Positions 25,347 through 38,574 of a DNA stretch of 64,000 nucleotides are shown one piece after another. The notes under the pieces were generated by a model. The model was not told where the DNA came from. It saw nothing but the letters and a program-made list of their open reading frames with translations, and ran no database searches. Each line of letters begins with the position of its first letter. The stretch's first letter is position 1. The translations under genes were made by a program, and so were the position numbers. This DNA is from Octopus vulgaris. Taxonomy: Eukaryota. Where the stretch lies: the NCBI GenBank assembly GCA_951406725.2, contig OX597815.1:65224001-65288000 (forward strand). The letters are read 5' to 3'.

Positions 25347-27780
25347 GATGGCACATGGCTGTATGGTAAGGAGCTTGCTTTCTAACCAGTTGGTTCCATG
25401 TTCATTCATACTGTGTGGCACCTTGGGCAACTGTCTTTTATTAAAGCCTCGGGCCAACCAAAACTTTGTGAGTGGATTTGATAGACAGGAACTGACAGAA
25501 GCCTCTCATATATATATATATATATATTTGACAACAGATGTTGGTGTGTTTACACCCCCCATAACTTAGTGATTCAGCAAAAGAGATCAATAGAATAAGT
25601 ACTAGGCTTATAAAGAATAAGTCCTGGGATCAGTTTCTTCAAGTAAAAAGCCCTTTAAGGTGGTGCTCTAGTCTAGCATGGCCACAGTCAAATGACTGAA
25701 ACAAGTAAAAGTAGAAAAGGATAAAAGAATATGTGTGTGTATCATTCAACTACAGTAGTTGTTGAATAATATTCTTAAGGTCACAATTTACTCACATGTG
25801 GCATCTTTCAGAGCTTGTCACTAATTCAGTTCTCAACCAACACCACCAAGTTTAGATCTAAATAAATTTTTTATTTTAAAAGCAAAATGTATTTATCTTA
25901 GCTTCAATGACAGAAGAACAAAAATTTATAACAAAAACGTTGTGAGGTAAAATATCATGAAAAAAATATAAGTAAGGCAAAAAATTGGATTCAAGTATAA
26001 TTAACTTGTTTATTTTAATATCAAACTATTTAATTAAGCTTAGATGATAGGAATTTCATGGTATCAATCTCATGCAATGAAGTTTTAAAAGAAAAAGTTA
26101 TGAGTGTTTGTTTCCCAAATTTGAGGTTGATAATATAGATCTATACTTTTTTATGAATATAGTTTTATAAGGGTACTTTTATTATATAATTCATTGGTGT
26201 CACTGAGGTAAGGAAGAAATTATCAACAAAACTGATAATTGACACATTTGACACATTATTAATTAGTATAATAGTGTAGCCTGGAAAAAACATGGAAAAA
26301 TGCGAGCAAAAGAAATAATATTCTTAAGATGATAAACCTGGAAAATAACAGGACAAGTTATTACACTTGAAAAGTTCAGAACAACTTATTACATCTGGTA
26401 AAGTACAGAACAAGAAATTTTATCCTTAGAATAATGCAACTAAGGATAAAATTTGAATATTAAGAATTATTTGATTTTAATTTACAAAATAACATTATAA
26501 TTAAAAAAGGTACCATCATTTTGTTAAAATATTAACATACTAGAATACTTAAAAAATGAGAGCCAGAAGTACCAATATAGCTCAAGTTTTATGCATAGTA
26601 GAATAGTATATATGGTAGGCAAATTAATTATGTAAAAAATAGGCATTGGGTCAAGACTAAAAATGTGATGACTTGGCAATAACTTAGGCAATAACTCAAG
26701 CAAATTTTACTATGAATTTGTTGTTATAGGTAGATTTTACTGCAATATATAACTCATTTTTGTATTATTCTGTTTATTGTACAAACTAACTATGAACTAC
26801 TATTATTTTTTATAATCTATTTTCAAATTTCTAATTATTAATTAATAATTTAAAAAATGAATTTTTTTAATGTGCAAAAAATATTTTGAGTTATTTTTAT
26901 TTTTAATAGAAATAACAAGTAATGAATAAAGTAGTAACATGTAATAAAATTAGTTTTATTGAGTTTTAACAAAAGCTAATATTTTCTAAATATTTTATTT
27001 GAAATTTTCTCCTTAGTGTAATATTCTTCTCAATCACCTGCTTCAGTTATCTCTTTCTCTCCCCTGAGTTACATCATAGATCTGTGATGCTTTACTATAC
27101 TGGCTCTCATTCTTTTTGCCTTCTCATAGTCATCCTCGATACCCCCACCCACCATTACTCACTATAGCTACCCTAATATACCTCTGACCTCCATCTCTGT
27201 CACTGTATGTCACCTTGCATGTCATACCCCTACTTTCTGATTTGTTTTCCTTCCTGAGCCACTTCTATTCATCTCACCTTACCCCCTCCTCCTTACTAGT
27301 ATTTCCCATCAACCACAACTCTACCCTTGTTCATCACTCACTACATTTCCCTCTACCCCATCTCTAACCAACTCTTACTCTCCTCTCACAATTTTATCTA
27401 AAAGTACTCCCTCCTCCCCTCAACCCAATCCACTGTCTGTGTGCTCTCTTGAACTCACCTTTTTGTATCCTGAAAGTTCTCTGTGGAACTTTGTCACGAC
27501 TACCTCTGTCTATTCCGTTATTCCCTTTCACCCTTTTATAATGCAGGGTAGCCATGTCTCACCTCGGTAGAAAGACACCTGTGCTTGTCCCCTATAATAC
27601 TTTGATTTCTCAAGTACAGGTGTAAAGCCACCTCCTCCTCACCTAAAAATACCCCCACTCAGTTGAGGGAGCTTTTTCAAGATGGTGCCCCAGCATGGCC
27701 ACAATCCAATGAGAAAAACTAGTAAAAAAGTAAAACGTTTAATTGATTCTTTTGAAGCAAATGCTTTCCTTTTGAATGGA

Positions 27781-28622
27781 TTAACCCTTTCATTATCATA
27801 TTTCTGCTGAAATACACTGACATTACTTCAATTAATTTTTAAAACAAAAATGACTTTAGTCAAATAACTCTCATTATTAAGCTGGTGTTAAGGCAGCAAA
27901 CAGACAGAATTGTTAGCATGCTGCACAAAATACTTAGTAGCATTTTTTCTGTCTTTATGTTCTGAGTTCAAATTCTGCTAACTTTGGCTTTGCCTTTCAT
28001 CCTTTCAGGGCCTATAAAATAAGTACAGCACCGGGGTTGATGTAATTGACTTCATCCCTTTCCTGAAATTTCTGACCTTGTGCCAAAATTTTAGACTATC
28101 GTTAAGCTGGTGTTTGGGACATAAATTAACATGACATTTTAATAGAAAGTTTTAATTTGAATCACTTTAACTATTTAGTATTCAGATAAATATTACATTT
28201 CACAGAGTAATCATCATCATCATCATCATCATCATCGTTTAGTGTCCGTTTTCCATGCTAGCATGGGTTGGATGGTTCAGACCCCAGTAGAACCGTCCAA
28301 CCCATGCTAGCATGGAAAACGGACGCTAAACGATGATGATGATGATGATGATGATTACTCTGTGAAATGTAATATTTATTTGTATTGTTTCTAAGTTAAT
28401 CATGCATTATCTCATAGCTTTGAGATTTTGATGAAGTGATGGCTTATTTTTTGAATGACATTGTAGGCTAAGTGTGAGAGGCTGGATCTGGTTGATTCGA
28501 ACATAAGACAGGAAGAATATTTGGAGTTCATATGGCTAGTTTTAGTGCTAAAGGATTAAAACAGTAAGGTTGTAGCATAGAATCAGGGTGGTCTCAGGAG
28601 AATTAGTGTCAAAGGGGTTCAA
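27781..28622. mobile_element. Nested cluster: TTAA-type MITE containing a SINE B (27890-28101, 13-bp TSD), a second MITE and a fold-back SINE end
   Basis: Termini TTAACCCTTT...AAAGGGGTTCAA. TSD TTAAGCTGGTGTT at 27877-27889 and 28102-28114. Confidence 0.7.
28186..28379. repeat. Near-perfect ~90-bp-arm palindrome (11-nt loop)
   Basis: ATAAATATTACATTTCACAGAGTAATC(ATC)n GTTTAG...GGTTC / AGACCCCAGTA / GAACC...CTAAAC(GAT)nTACTCTGTGAAATGTAATATTTAT. Confidence 0.95.
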
Positions 28623-29646
28623 TACTCTGAAGGATTCTATTTAAACTGATAGTTTATTGATAATCTACAAATGCCAACAAAATATTATAACATGATCAGT
28701 GTTGAGATTAAATGTTTCTATATTATTGAAACAAATATCTATGATGATTAATATTACTTCAAGATGGAAACAGCAGCTTCAATAAATTTTATTGAAATCA
28801 TTGGTAAAGTTAAGTAAAGAATCTAAATGTATGGAAAAATATTCTTCAAAATCAAAGGACAAAACTTGAACAGATTTGTGACACAGTTTTTTTTGAAGCA
28901 TTGATCATTTTTTGAAAGATTTATCTAAGAATAAGTTAAAGGAAATTACTCTCTAGCATCCTTCATTTGATCTTAATCCTTAGATGATCTTGCCAATATA
29001 TCACTCAACCTGTTATTTTATATTCTACAGGAATGGAATTACCAATATCATCAAAAACATGTAAATTTTTATGTTTATTGAGTTTCCAATATACTTTACA
29101 GAATCATAAATAATGACACCGTTATTTTATTTGTCTCTTGTAACAAAAATAAGCTCCATCTTTTCCACTTCAGAAGATATGGCAGTAGCATCAAAGATTC
29201 TATCTTGAAAGGTTAATAAGATATTTTGGTACTGAAGCATGTAACTTTGGAAAGAGTATGAAGAAACTGAAGAACTTTTGATCTTGCCATACCCGAAGAA
29301 AATATCACTTTACAGCAAAGCAAAAACTACCCTCTTATGTGGAATTAATTAATTCATATATGACATGCTAAACCAAATGTTGAAAAACATCAGAAATGTA
29401 AACTGAAGAGTTATATCAGTATAAAATCACAAAGTTTTAAGATGTACTTGATTAAATCAATGCCATTGGATGACTGGCATTTATTTTATTAAGTTGGTGA
29501 AGTAAAAAGCAGAGTCAACCCTTGAGTCCTCTGTTAGTCATACATCTGGGCATGTATGTACAGGCCAGGGTGAGGTTTTTGAGGAAGCCTGGTATCATAA
29601 TTTTGAACTGTGTATTTTTCTGGACCCTTTCAACCTAAATTAGAGT

Positions 29647-30200
29647 ATGACCACAGCCAACTCGTTTAACTTTTCGAATATGATGGAGGAATTGAAAATT
29701 GAGGAAGATGCATGTTCTTACTTGAAAGAGAAGGGTGTTATCCCTAAAAGAAAATTGTGTACAAAAAGATACTACAAGAAGATGCTTTATGGGAAAATTT
29801 ACTGGATGTGCTCCAGAAAAGGATGCAACAAGTGTGTGTCTGTTAGAAAAGATACATGGTTGGAAGGTGACACTCTTCCTCTTAAGACTGTACTGCTTTT
29901 TTTGCTTTACTCATGGGTCATGGAATTGACTCCAGTCCAGTTTTTTGTTTAAGAACTGGGGATGAGCCACTGCACTGTTGTTGATTACAACACTTATGTT
30001 TGTGAAATACACGCAGAGGACCTACTCTGCAACCCACTTCAGAAGCGTGCTACCAGAACAGTAGGTGTTCAGAGGAGTGTGTTGCAAGATCAGATATATG
30101 TTTTTCTTTATGTGGTGCCATGTTGAAATCACAACACACTAGAGGAATACATATGTCAATCAGTTTTTCCAGGAACCACAATTTTCAGTGATTTGGGGGG
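29647..30200 (+). pseudogene. Merlin/IS1595(ISXO2)-like transposase fragment
   Basis: Zn-finger-like YWMCSRKGCNKCVSVRKDTWLEG..LPLKTVLLFLLYSW, then in other frames ELGMSHCTVVDYN and V.PGTTIFSD. The catalytic core is deleted. Confidence 0.75.
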
Positions 30201-30584
30201 GGGGGGGCTATTCTTACAGCACTGAATTTGATTTTTAGTAATTTAACATACAATTTGTATTGTAATTTTTTTGAAAAAAAAGGAAACAGAATTCATTAAG
30301 GATTTTTCTTTTTTTATATTGTTTATATGCCTGTTTCAACATTTCACATGACTTTATTCATTAAAACTTATTAAAGCTACAAAACTTTTTACAAGTTTGT
30401 CATCATAATGTCATAGGTAGCCATCAGGCATAAAATGCCAGCTTCTAAATCCTGTTTTCTGATTGGGTAAAAATGATCAAACTTTAAACCTTTGTAACAT
30501 TTTTCTAAAATGTTTTTGGAAGAAGTGAATTATAAAATCAGATTCAGTGTGGCTTTATATAGCTATGGTGTGACTTCACCTGAA

Positions 30585-31166
30585 ATTTGCATCACCGGTC
30601 TGGAACCCTTATCTTGCCCAGGATATTAATCATCTGGAAGCTGTTCAGCGACGTGCAACCAAGAGAATACCCTCCATCAGGAATTTGCCATATTCTGAAC
30701 GCCTTACTTCCCTGGGCATGGATACATTGAAACTCCGACATCTGGCAGCTGACTTGGCAAACACCCATAAAATTATTAACCATCTTACAAATAATAACTC
30801 TGAGCACCTTTTCAAACTCCATCTGTCTAACACCCATGGACATGTTTTCAAAGTCAGAAAACAGCATAGCTCCCATGACTTTCGGAAGCATTTTTTCACG
30901 CTAAGAGTTGCTGAAGCATGGAACAAACTACCAGCATCAGTTGTTGGTTGTCGGAGCACTGCATCTTTCATAAACTTCCATGCTTCTTGAGATTCGCCAA
31001 TGCTACACCTGATTTTCTCCCCTCCATACACATGCAAGCATATATCTGACTCATACACTGTTCACTTTCTAGACATTCGTACATTACTGCATATGCTTTA
31101 TGTGCACTTTTGACAAGTTGTGGTGCACCTGAGCAATGTATACAATAATTCCATTATTATTATTTT
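30585..31166 (+). mobile_element. CR1-like LINE 3' end with 3' UTR and (ATT)n tail
   Basis: QRRATKRIPSIRNLPYSERLTSLGMDTLKLRHLAADL...THGHVFKVRK...RKHFFTLRVAEAWNKLP. Tail CCATTATTATTATT. Confidence 0.85.
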
Positions 31167-31956
31167 ATCTATATACAAAATTTGAAAATTGTCACTAAAT
31201 TTTTCAAATTTCATACACACACATACACACACACACACACATTATTTTATGTTGTTGTTGACCGCTCTAAAAAGCTTTTTAGAGCATACTTTTTTCAGAC
31301 TTATGAACACATGAGTGCTTCTTTAGCAATACTCTGCCACTTTTGTTATGATCCCTTGAGGGTATGCTGTGGTACTTGCCACAATCTCTCTCACTCTTCC
31401 TTTACTCAACCATCCCATTTATATTCTGATCCCTGTTCCTTGTGAGTATGCCTTGGCACTTCCCCATTTCTCTCCTGCTGTCTCTCGCATTCTTGCTGTC
31501 TTCCACTATCTCTCTTTCTCTTGCTCTTCCTTCTGGTTGGGTAACCATATATCTCCTTTGCAGCAGTAAACCTGTTTCTGTCCTTATTCTCTCTCTCTCT
31601 CTCTCCCTCCCTCCGTCTCCCCCCTCTCTCTGACAGGTAACCATGTACCTCCTCTACAGTAAGACACCTGTTTCTGTCTTTAAGTCACGCTCTAACCTTT
31701 CATCAGCTGACACAAGATAACCTCCTCCAATGTCTCCTCCTTTCTCACTTGCTTACCCTGCCAGTGCTGGTACCACGTAAAACACACTTGGTCCACTCTG
31801 CAGGGTGGCTGGTGTTAGGAAGGGCAGCCAACCATAAAAATAGTGCCAAAACAGACACAGCAGTCTGGTGCAGTCTTCTGACTGGCCAGATCTGTCAAAC
31901 CAACCAACCTATGCCAGCTTTGAAAGTGGACGTTAAACAATGATGATGAAGATGTT

Positions 31957-31992
<36 letters not shown>

Positions 31993-32144
31993 TATATGTA
32001 AAACACTGAGTCCACTCTGTGGAGTGGTTAGATTTAGGAAGGGCATCCAGCCATAAAAACCCTGTTAAAACAGACACAGTAGCCTGACCAGCTCCTGTCA
32101 ACCGTCCTACACATAGAAGTCAGATGTTAAACAATGATGATGTA

Positions 32145-33023
32145 TATAAGTTCACAAACTAGTTCTGTAGCACACCAACAGATGGCAGCACATGGTTGCA
32201 TGTGCAGTGAGAGCTAGGAGTGACCTTCATGAAGCAGTGCCAAGTGACATTACTTCGCAAGTTCTGAAATTTGTGTTTTAGTTATCTCACATATGTTGTA
32301 GTCTGTGATTTTTGTCACAGACTGGAAGTTGGAACAAAGAGCCAACATGACAATTTGCAGTAAACTTGGGAAGTCTGCTACAGAGACATTGAGCATGCTT
32401 CGGTAAGCTTATGATGATGAGGCAATGGGTCATATGCAATGTTTCAAGTGGCATGGGTGCTTCAGAAATGAAAGAACATCCCAGGAAGATGATGAGTGAT
32501 CTGGAAGACCTGCCTCAAACATTACCCCTGGAAATGTGAGGAAAATTCATCAGCTTGTGCATGAGAATCTTTAGAGGACAATCAACAACATTGCTGATGT
32601 TGTTGGTCTGTCATATGGGTCCGTGCAGGCAATCTTAACATCTGGATTCTTCACGAAGACAATGCACCCTGTCATCAAGCTCTCCTCACTCATGAGTTTC
32701 TCACCAAAATCAACATGGTATCACTTCCACTCTTGCTCTATTCACCAGATTCAGCACCTGCAGACTTCCATCTCTTCCCCAAGATGAAAATGCAGCTCAA
32801 AGATCACTGTTTTAACACCATTGTTAAGATCAAGGGCGAATCACAGTAGGTCCTTGACTTGCTTACACAAAATGACTTCTAGGCTGGATGCTAAAAGTGT
32901 CTGCAATGCTGGGACCAGTGTATTGCTACACAAGGTTACTATTTTGAAGAAGATGATGTTAAAACTTGGTAAATAAAATATTTTTTATCAAACATAACTA
33001 GTCCAGGAATTCTTTGATACCAC

Positions 33024-33029
<6 letters not shown>
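32145..33029 (+). mobile_element. Decayed, internally deleted mariner
   Basis: KLGKSATETLSML..AY.DEAM...QCFKW, EDDE.SGRP, WILHEDNAPCH, YSPDSAPADFHLFPKMK. Terminal GTCCAGGAATTCTTTGATACCACCTCATA runs into (TA)n. Confidence 0.85.
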
Positions 33030-33091
<62 letters not shown>

Positions 33092-33102
33092 CATATATAT
33101 TT

Positions 33103-33971
33103 ACTGGGTGTGATGAGTATATTGTCACCATTTTATATTTTTAATTTCATGTATGAACATTGTTTGTTTCTGATTTTAACCACATAGTATAGTAGGATCA
33201 GTTGGGCACAGTCTGTGAGAAAAACAGTACCATGACACTATTAACTCTGCCAGAAATTTGGAAATGACATGCTGTACTGCTTGGCATTTGCATCAGAAGC
33301 TCCAATACGAACATTTCAGAGTGTTTGGGTGTCAATCTGAGGACAGTGCAATCTGAGGACATGTAAAAAGAATGATAAAAATCAAACACCCAGTCAACAA
33401 TATGGTGCGTGGAGTGATCACTAGTGATGGTGACGTTATGCCTCCATTCATCTTCCCACACGGCCTCAACACGGAGACCTACATCAAGTGCCTGGAGAAG
33501 GTGGCGCTGCCCTGGGTCAAGAGAGTGGCTGCTGGAAGACCCTATGTCTGGCTACAAGACTCTGCATCATGCCGCACAAGCAGAAGAACCCAGTCATGGC
33601 TGTCAGACAATTTCTGTGACCACATCATCCCTAACATCTGGCCACCTGACTCTCCAGCCTACAAAACCCTTGATTATCATGTGTTGAGCAAGAGACCAAC
33701 AAGACTCCTTGTAACACCAAAGATCAACTGAAGGCAAAGCTTATGGCAGCATTCACCAACTTAAACAAAGGGACCGTCCAGAAGAGTTGCAGGAGATTCT
33801 AAAGTCATCTGACAGCCGTGGTTGAAGCCAATGACGATTTTCTTGAATAATTTTACACTTTAGTATTTCAAGATATATTTTTGTAATTTTGGTAAATATA
33901 TCTGTTAAAATAGGATTCATGAATTTGTAGTTATTATTATTTTTTTTTTTATTCCTTCGTAACACAGTGTA
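33103..33971 (+). mobile_element. Tc1/mariner-superfamily (maT/DD37D-like) non-autonomous element, copy 1
   Basis: KHPVNNMVRGVITSDGDVMPPFIF, YVWLQDSASC, WPPDSP..KTLDY. Homologous to 49623-50503. Confidence 0.85.
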
Positions 33972-34019
33972 GGTAAAAAAGCGTTGGAGTCTTTAGTCAT
34001 CTGTCAAGTCACAACAAGG

Positions 34020-35370
34020 ACCTCAGAAAGATAATACTTTCCTTAAGATGTGCATTGTGTCCAATAAGGCTGCTTTTTGTAAGACATCAATCTTGCATGG
34101 GATTTCCAGTTGCCTTAAGACGTCTTGAAATTTCAATAGGATTGAGCCCAACACTCCGATCACCACTGGTATCAATTTTACATTACCCTCTTGCATTCCA
34201 TAGTCATGCAATTTCCACTTTCAATTCGGAGTACTTGGTAATATTTTGACCTCTTTACTCACAACATTTATGTCATTTGGTATGGCTACATCAACGATCT
34301 GAAAATATTTGTGTCTGTTATTCAATATGACAATATCTGACCAATGGTGTTCGATTACATGATCCATCTGAAAATCATAGTCCCAGAGTATCATTACTTT
34401 TCTGTCCTCCTGCATAACTTTATTTGATACATACTCATATCAGTTCTCTGTTACTTCATATGGGTATTTATAGCATAAAAGCCAATGAACATATACACAC
34501 TTTATCATGGTGTCACTTGCATTCTTTTTGTGCAAGGCTCTCACATCGATTTACCAAATGGGTCACATTTTCCACACTCTTTCCACAGAGTCTGCATTTC
34601 TGGGTGTCAGAAGTTTTATAGACATTATACTTCACTGACTTGGTAGCAAGAGCCTGGTCTTGTGTAGCAATGATTTGGCTTTCGGTGGTATGCTTCAAAT
34701 CACCTCGCTCAAATCATGCCCATGATGCTGTATTATCCTTAACGTCCTGTGTATTCCTTTCAAAGTGTTCATGCATTCTCATTTCAAGAAGGTCTTCTTT
34801 CTCTTCTCCTCAGCTCTTCTTTGTCCATCATTTCATCTGCATTTACACCCATATCTTTTGTGGTATATTGCAGCAGGTCCTCATCACTATCTATTAAATA
34901 TTTGGCAAGCATTCCCCTTTCACTCCTTATACAATGGTCTATACTAATTAGTCCTCTGCCACCATTCATTCTTTTCATATACAGTCTGTTTATGTTTGGT
35001 TTAGGGTGTAGTGCCCTGTGCAGCGTCATCAACTTTCTCATTCCTCTATCAAGTGTTGATACTTTCTCCTTAGTCCATTTGAGGATGGACGCACTATATC
35101 TGACCACCACAACTGTCCAGATACTCATTGCAGTAATCAGAATTTTGGCATTCAGGTTGGATTTCAACACCATCTTCACCTTTTTTGATATGCTTCACTG
35201 GCCTTGACTTTTATTTCTCTGTGTAAAATATCATCCAGCTCCCAAATCCCTAAATATCTATACCCACTACTGTTGGGTTCACCCATGGTCTCTCCTGATG
35301 GTAACCACAGTCCTCTGCATGATGCTTTCTTCCCTCTTTTCATAATAAGTACTGAACATTTGATAATCTC
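34020..35370 (-). mobile_element. R4/Dong-like non-LTR retrotransposon (restriction-like endonuclease), 3' part, decayed
   Basis: YKYLGI, LYMKRMNGGRGL, TESQIIATQDQAL, CCHC finger CRLCGKSVENVTHLVNRC, ILWDYDFQMDHVIEH..SDIVI, IVDVAIP, IPVVIGVLG, LQKAALL. Confidence 0.88.
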
Positions 35371-35627
35371 AAATTATTATTATTACTATTATTATTTCTA
35401 TTTAAGTTTTTATTTTCTTATACTACTTATTAATTTTTAATATCTCTATAATCCTATCATTTTCTAGAACTTTATTATTATTTTGATGATTCTGGATATA
35501 GTAAACCTTATTTTTATATCCAGCTTCCAACAATGCATGGGTATAAGTTTGATTTTGCTTAAATACATCTGCATTAGCTGAAAGCAATATATGTGTCTCC
35601 GTGTGTGTGTATGTGTGTGTGTGAGTG

Positions 35628-35683
<56 letters not shown>

Positions 35684-35686
<3 letters not shown>

Positions 35687-35898
35687 GGGTGCTGAAAAGT
35701 TTCTAGCTTTAAGTGTGCCGTGAAAGTCCTGGTTGGAGGCCCAAACTTCTGAATTCTTTTATGAGGCTTAGTAAAACTGAAGGACCACTGCAATAAATGT
35801 GAGAATCTGAGAGGGAAATATGTTGAATAAAATCATAATTAACTAATCCTCATGTATTTTCTTTTACCCAAAAGCAGGAACTTTTCAGCACCACCTCA
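35684..35898. mobile_element. Mariner-derived MITE (~215 bp)
   Basis: TIRs ..GGGGTGCTGAAAAGTTTCT.GCTTT and AAAGCAGGAACTTTTCAGCACCACC. Confidence 0.75.
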
Positions 35899-36431
35899 CA
35901 TGAGTGTGTATGTGTATATATATATATAAATATTTCTCTTTGTAATGTTGGATCATAAATTACTTATCCAATTGTCATAGAGTGCAATGGCAAGAATGAT
36001 AAGGCAGTCTGTAAGAGGACAATCAAGTACAACACACATGTATAGAAGCATATATAAATGTTATGTATGTGCATGTACGTGTGTATGATATCTATATATG
36101 TAAGTATGTATGATTTTCTTTTTCTCTTTTAAATTTAGAATTAATTTTGACCAGCCACCTGCTTGGTTGCAAGGTAGTGAAGAAAAACACTTATTGTTTA
36201 TCATCTTTTAAATCTCCAGAAGGTTTTGCAGATTTTTAATTGTCCCAGATATTGTGATCAATGAATGACTGAAGGCATTGCATTCTCTCCCCAAGAACCC
36301 AAGTTCAACCATGCTTTGCTCCAGACAGGTTGGTACATATATTGTCAGTCCAATAATAGTAGGTGTAAAAACTGAAAGAGTATCTGTATATTTATGTATG
36401 TTATGTATGACATACATACATAAACAGGAGC

Positions 36432-36462
<31 letters not shown>

Positions 36463-36641
36463 TGTATGTATGTATGTATGTATGTATGTGTGCATGTATG
36501 TGTGCATGTATGTATGAATATATGTGTCTATATATATATATTTATATATACACACACATACATATATATGTGTGTGTATCTACCTATGTATATATAGGTA
36601 TGCATATGTGTGCATGCATACCTATATATAGATAGATAGAT

Positions 36642-36700
<59 letters not shown>

Positions 36701-36703
<3 letters not shown>

Positions 36704-36927
36704 ATAAATATTAGGGAATAAATCCAACTTTACAGGGAAAAAAAATCAGATTTAGGATTAAATCCAATTTTATAGTAAAATATTATAAAATATTATTAGA
36801 GACAAAACCACTATTTTGCAAAACAAACAAGGAAAGACTTAATCAATACATAAAATTTTAATAAATAGTCAAAAAAACCGCCACTACAATCGTTTCTTGT
36901 CTTGATCGACAATCTTCAGGTGGACTT

Positions 36928-36930
<3 letters not shown>
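36701..36930 (-). mobile_element. ~230-bp AT-rich hammerhead-bearing element between two (TA)n runs
   Basis: Flanked by (TA)n at ~36652-36700 and 36931-36960. The end motif AGGGAATA..ATCC.....TACAGGGAAAAA is shared with 58550-58585. Confidence 0.65.
36881..36923 (-). ncRNA. Minimal type-I hammerhead ribozyme with intact catalytic core
   Basis: ccac-CTGAAGA-TTGTC(gatcaa)GACAA-GAAAC(gatt)GTA-gtgg. Perfect stems I and II, a near-palindromic stem III (acgattgt) and a GUA triplet. Confidence 0.85.
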
Positions 36931-36970
<40 letters not shown>

Positions 36971-37198
36971 ACATATACATATATATGTGTGTGTGTGTAT
37001 CTATCTATCCATATATAGGTATGCATATACACGTATGTATTGCATGAAAGTATGCACACATGTGTGTGTGGCACAGGTGTATCTGTGTGGTAAGAAGCTT
37101 GTTTCCCAACCACATGGTTCTGGATTCAGTCCCACAGAACCCAGGTACTTTGGGAAAGTGTCTTCTACTATAGCCTCGGGCCGAACAAAACCCAGTGA

Positions 37199-37508
37199 GT
37201 GGATTTGGCAGATCGAAACTGAAAGAAGTCCATCATATATATGTGTATGCATATCTTTGTGTCTGTGTTTGCTCTCTCACCACTGCTTGACAACCAGTGC
37301 TGGTGTGTTTACGTTCCTGTAATTTAGAGGTTTGGCAAAGGAGACCAATAGATTAAGTACCAGGCTTTAAAAAAACCCTCTAAATTACAGGAACGTAAAC
37401 ACATCAACACTGGTTGTCAAGCAGTGGTGGGAGAGCAAACACAGACACAAATATATATATACACATATATATGATGGACTGCTTTCAGTTTTGATCTGCC
37501 AAATCCAC
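37199..37508. repeat. ~132-bp-arm inverted duplication inside a SINE A copy
   Basis: 37199-37330 is the reverse complement of 37377-37508 with few mismatches. Confidence 0.9.
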
Positions 37509-38524
37509 AGAGGTTAGTATGGCTGCAGTATTGACTGAAACAAGCAAATGATAAAAGATGAAAGATCTATAAATACATATATATTTGTGTGTGGTGTGTG
37601 CACACGCATATGCATGTGTGGGTGTACATGCATGCATGTGTGTGTGCATGTGTACATTAATGTCTTCTTCACTTTGCATGATGGATGTAATTGAGTGTCA
37701 CCATCATGTGAGAGGTTTTATTTATTTCCAATCTTCCATGAAAACATGTCTGGGCATGGAAAATTATTACCTTGCTTGGAAACAGATGAGAGTTGGCAAC
37801 AGGAATAGCATCTGGCCATTGACAATATACCTCAACAAATTCTGACCAAATTTATATAAACATCTATATATACATATATCTCACTAGTATCATGTATACA
37901 TACATATATGCATATACAGCACACACCCTCTCACACACACATGCATTCACACACACACACGCATGCACACACACAAATATATAAACGTGTGTTTATGTAT
38001 TTGTATGTATGGGTGTGTGCAGTTGTTCATGTGTGTGTATAATAAAAAGAAAACACAACAAACAAGTAAACTAAAAACTGGTAGACACAAATTTTCTAAC
38101 AAAACAAAACCGCTCACCTTACCGGTCTGATAGTTGATTTATATAAATATGGATGATCATAAGGCCCATAATATTTAAATTTCATTGGCTCTCTCAGGCA
38201 ATTATTAGAAATGAATGGAATAAAAATGAGATAAGAAAGAGAAAATTATTGATTTGCCATCAAGAAACTACTTATAACATGACATTTTGGTCAAAGTAAA
38301 GCTTTATAAGCAAATATTGCAAACTACTTGCCAGAAATAGCTGGAAAATTACTTTATATGATCTGTTTTTTTGTTGTTTTCTTTTTTGGTGTATATTCAT
38401 ATTAGTGTGTATATATACATGTGTATGTATACTAATAAAATTCAATTAGTTTCTCATTCCCTCACCCCAACCCAGCCCATACATATGCATATGCCTACAA
38501 ATACATGGATATGTATATGTATAA

Positions 38525-38574
<50 letters not shown>

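Noticed and set aside
28625-29350. Possible hAT transposase relic (TSRW.S-like motif near 28755)
   Set aside because: It rests on a single frameshifted short motif, which is insufficient without a profile search.
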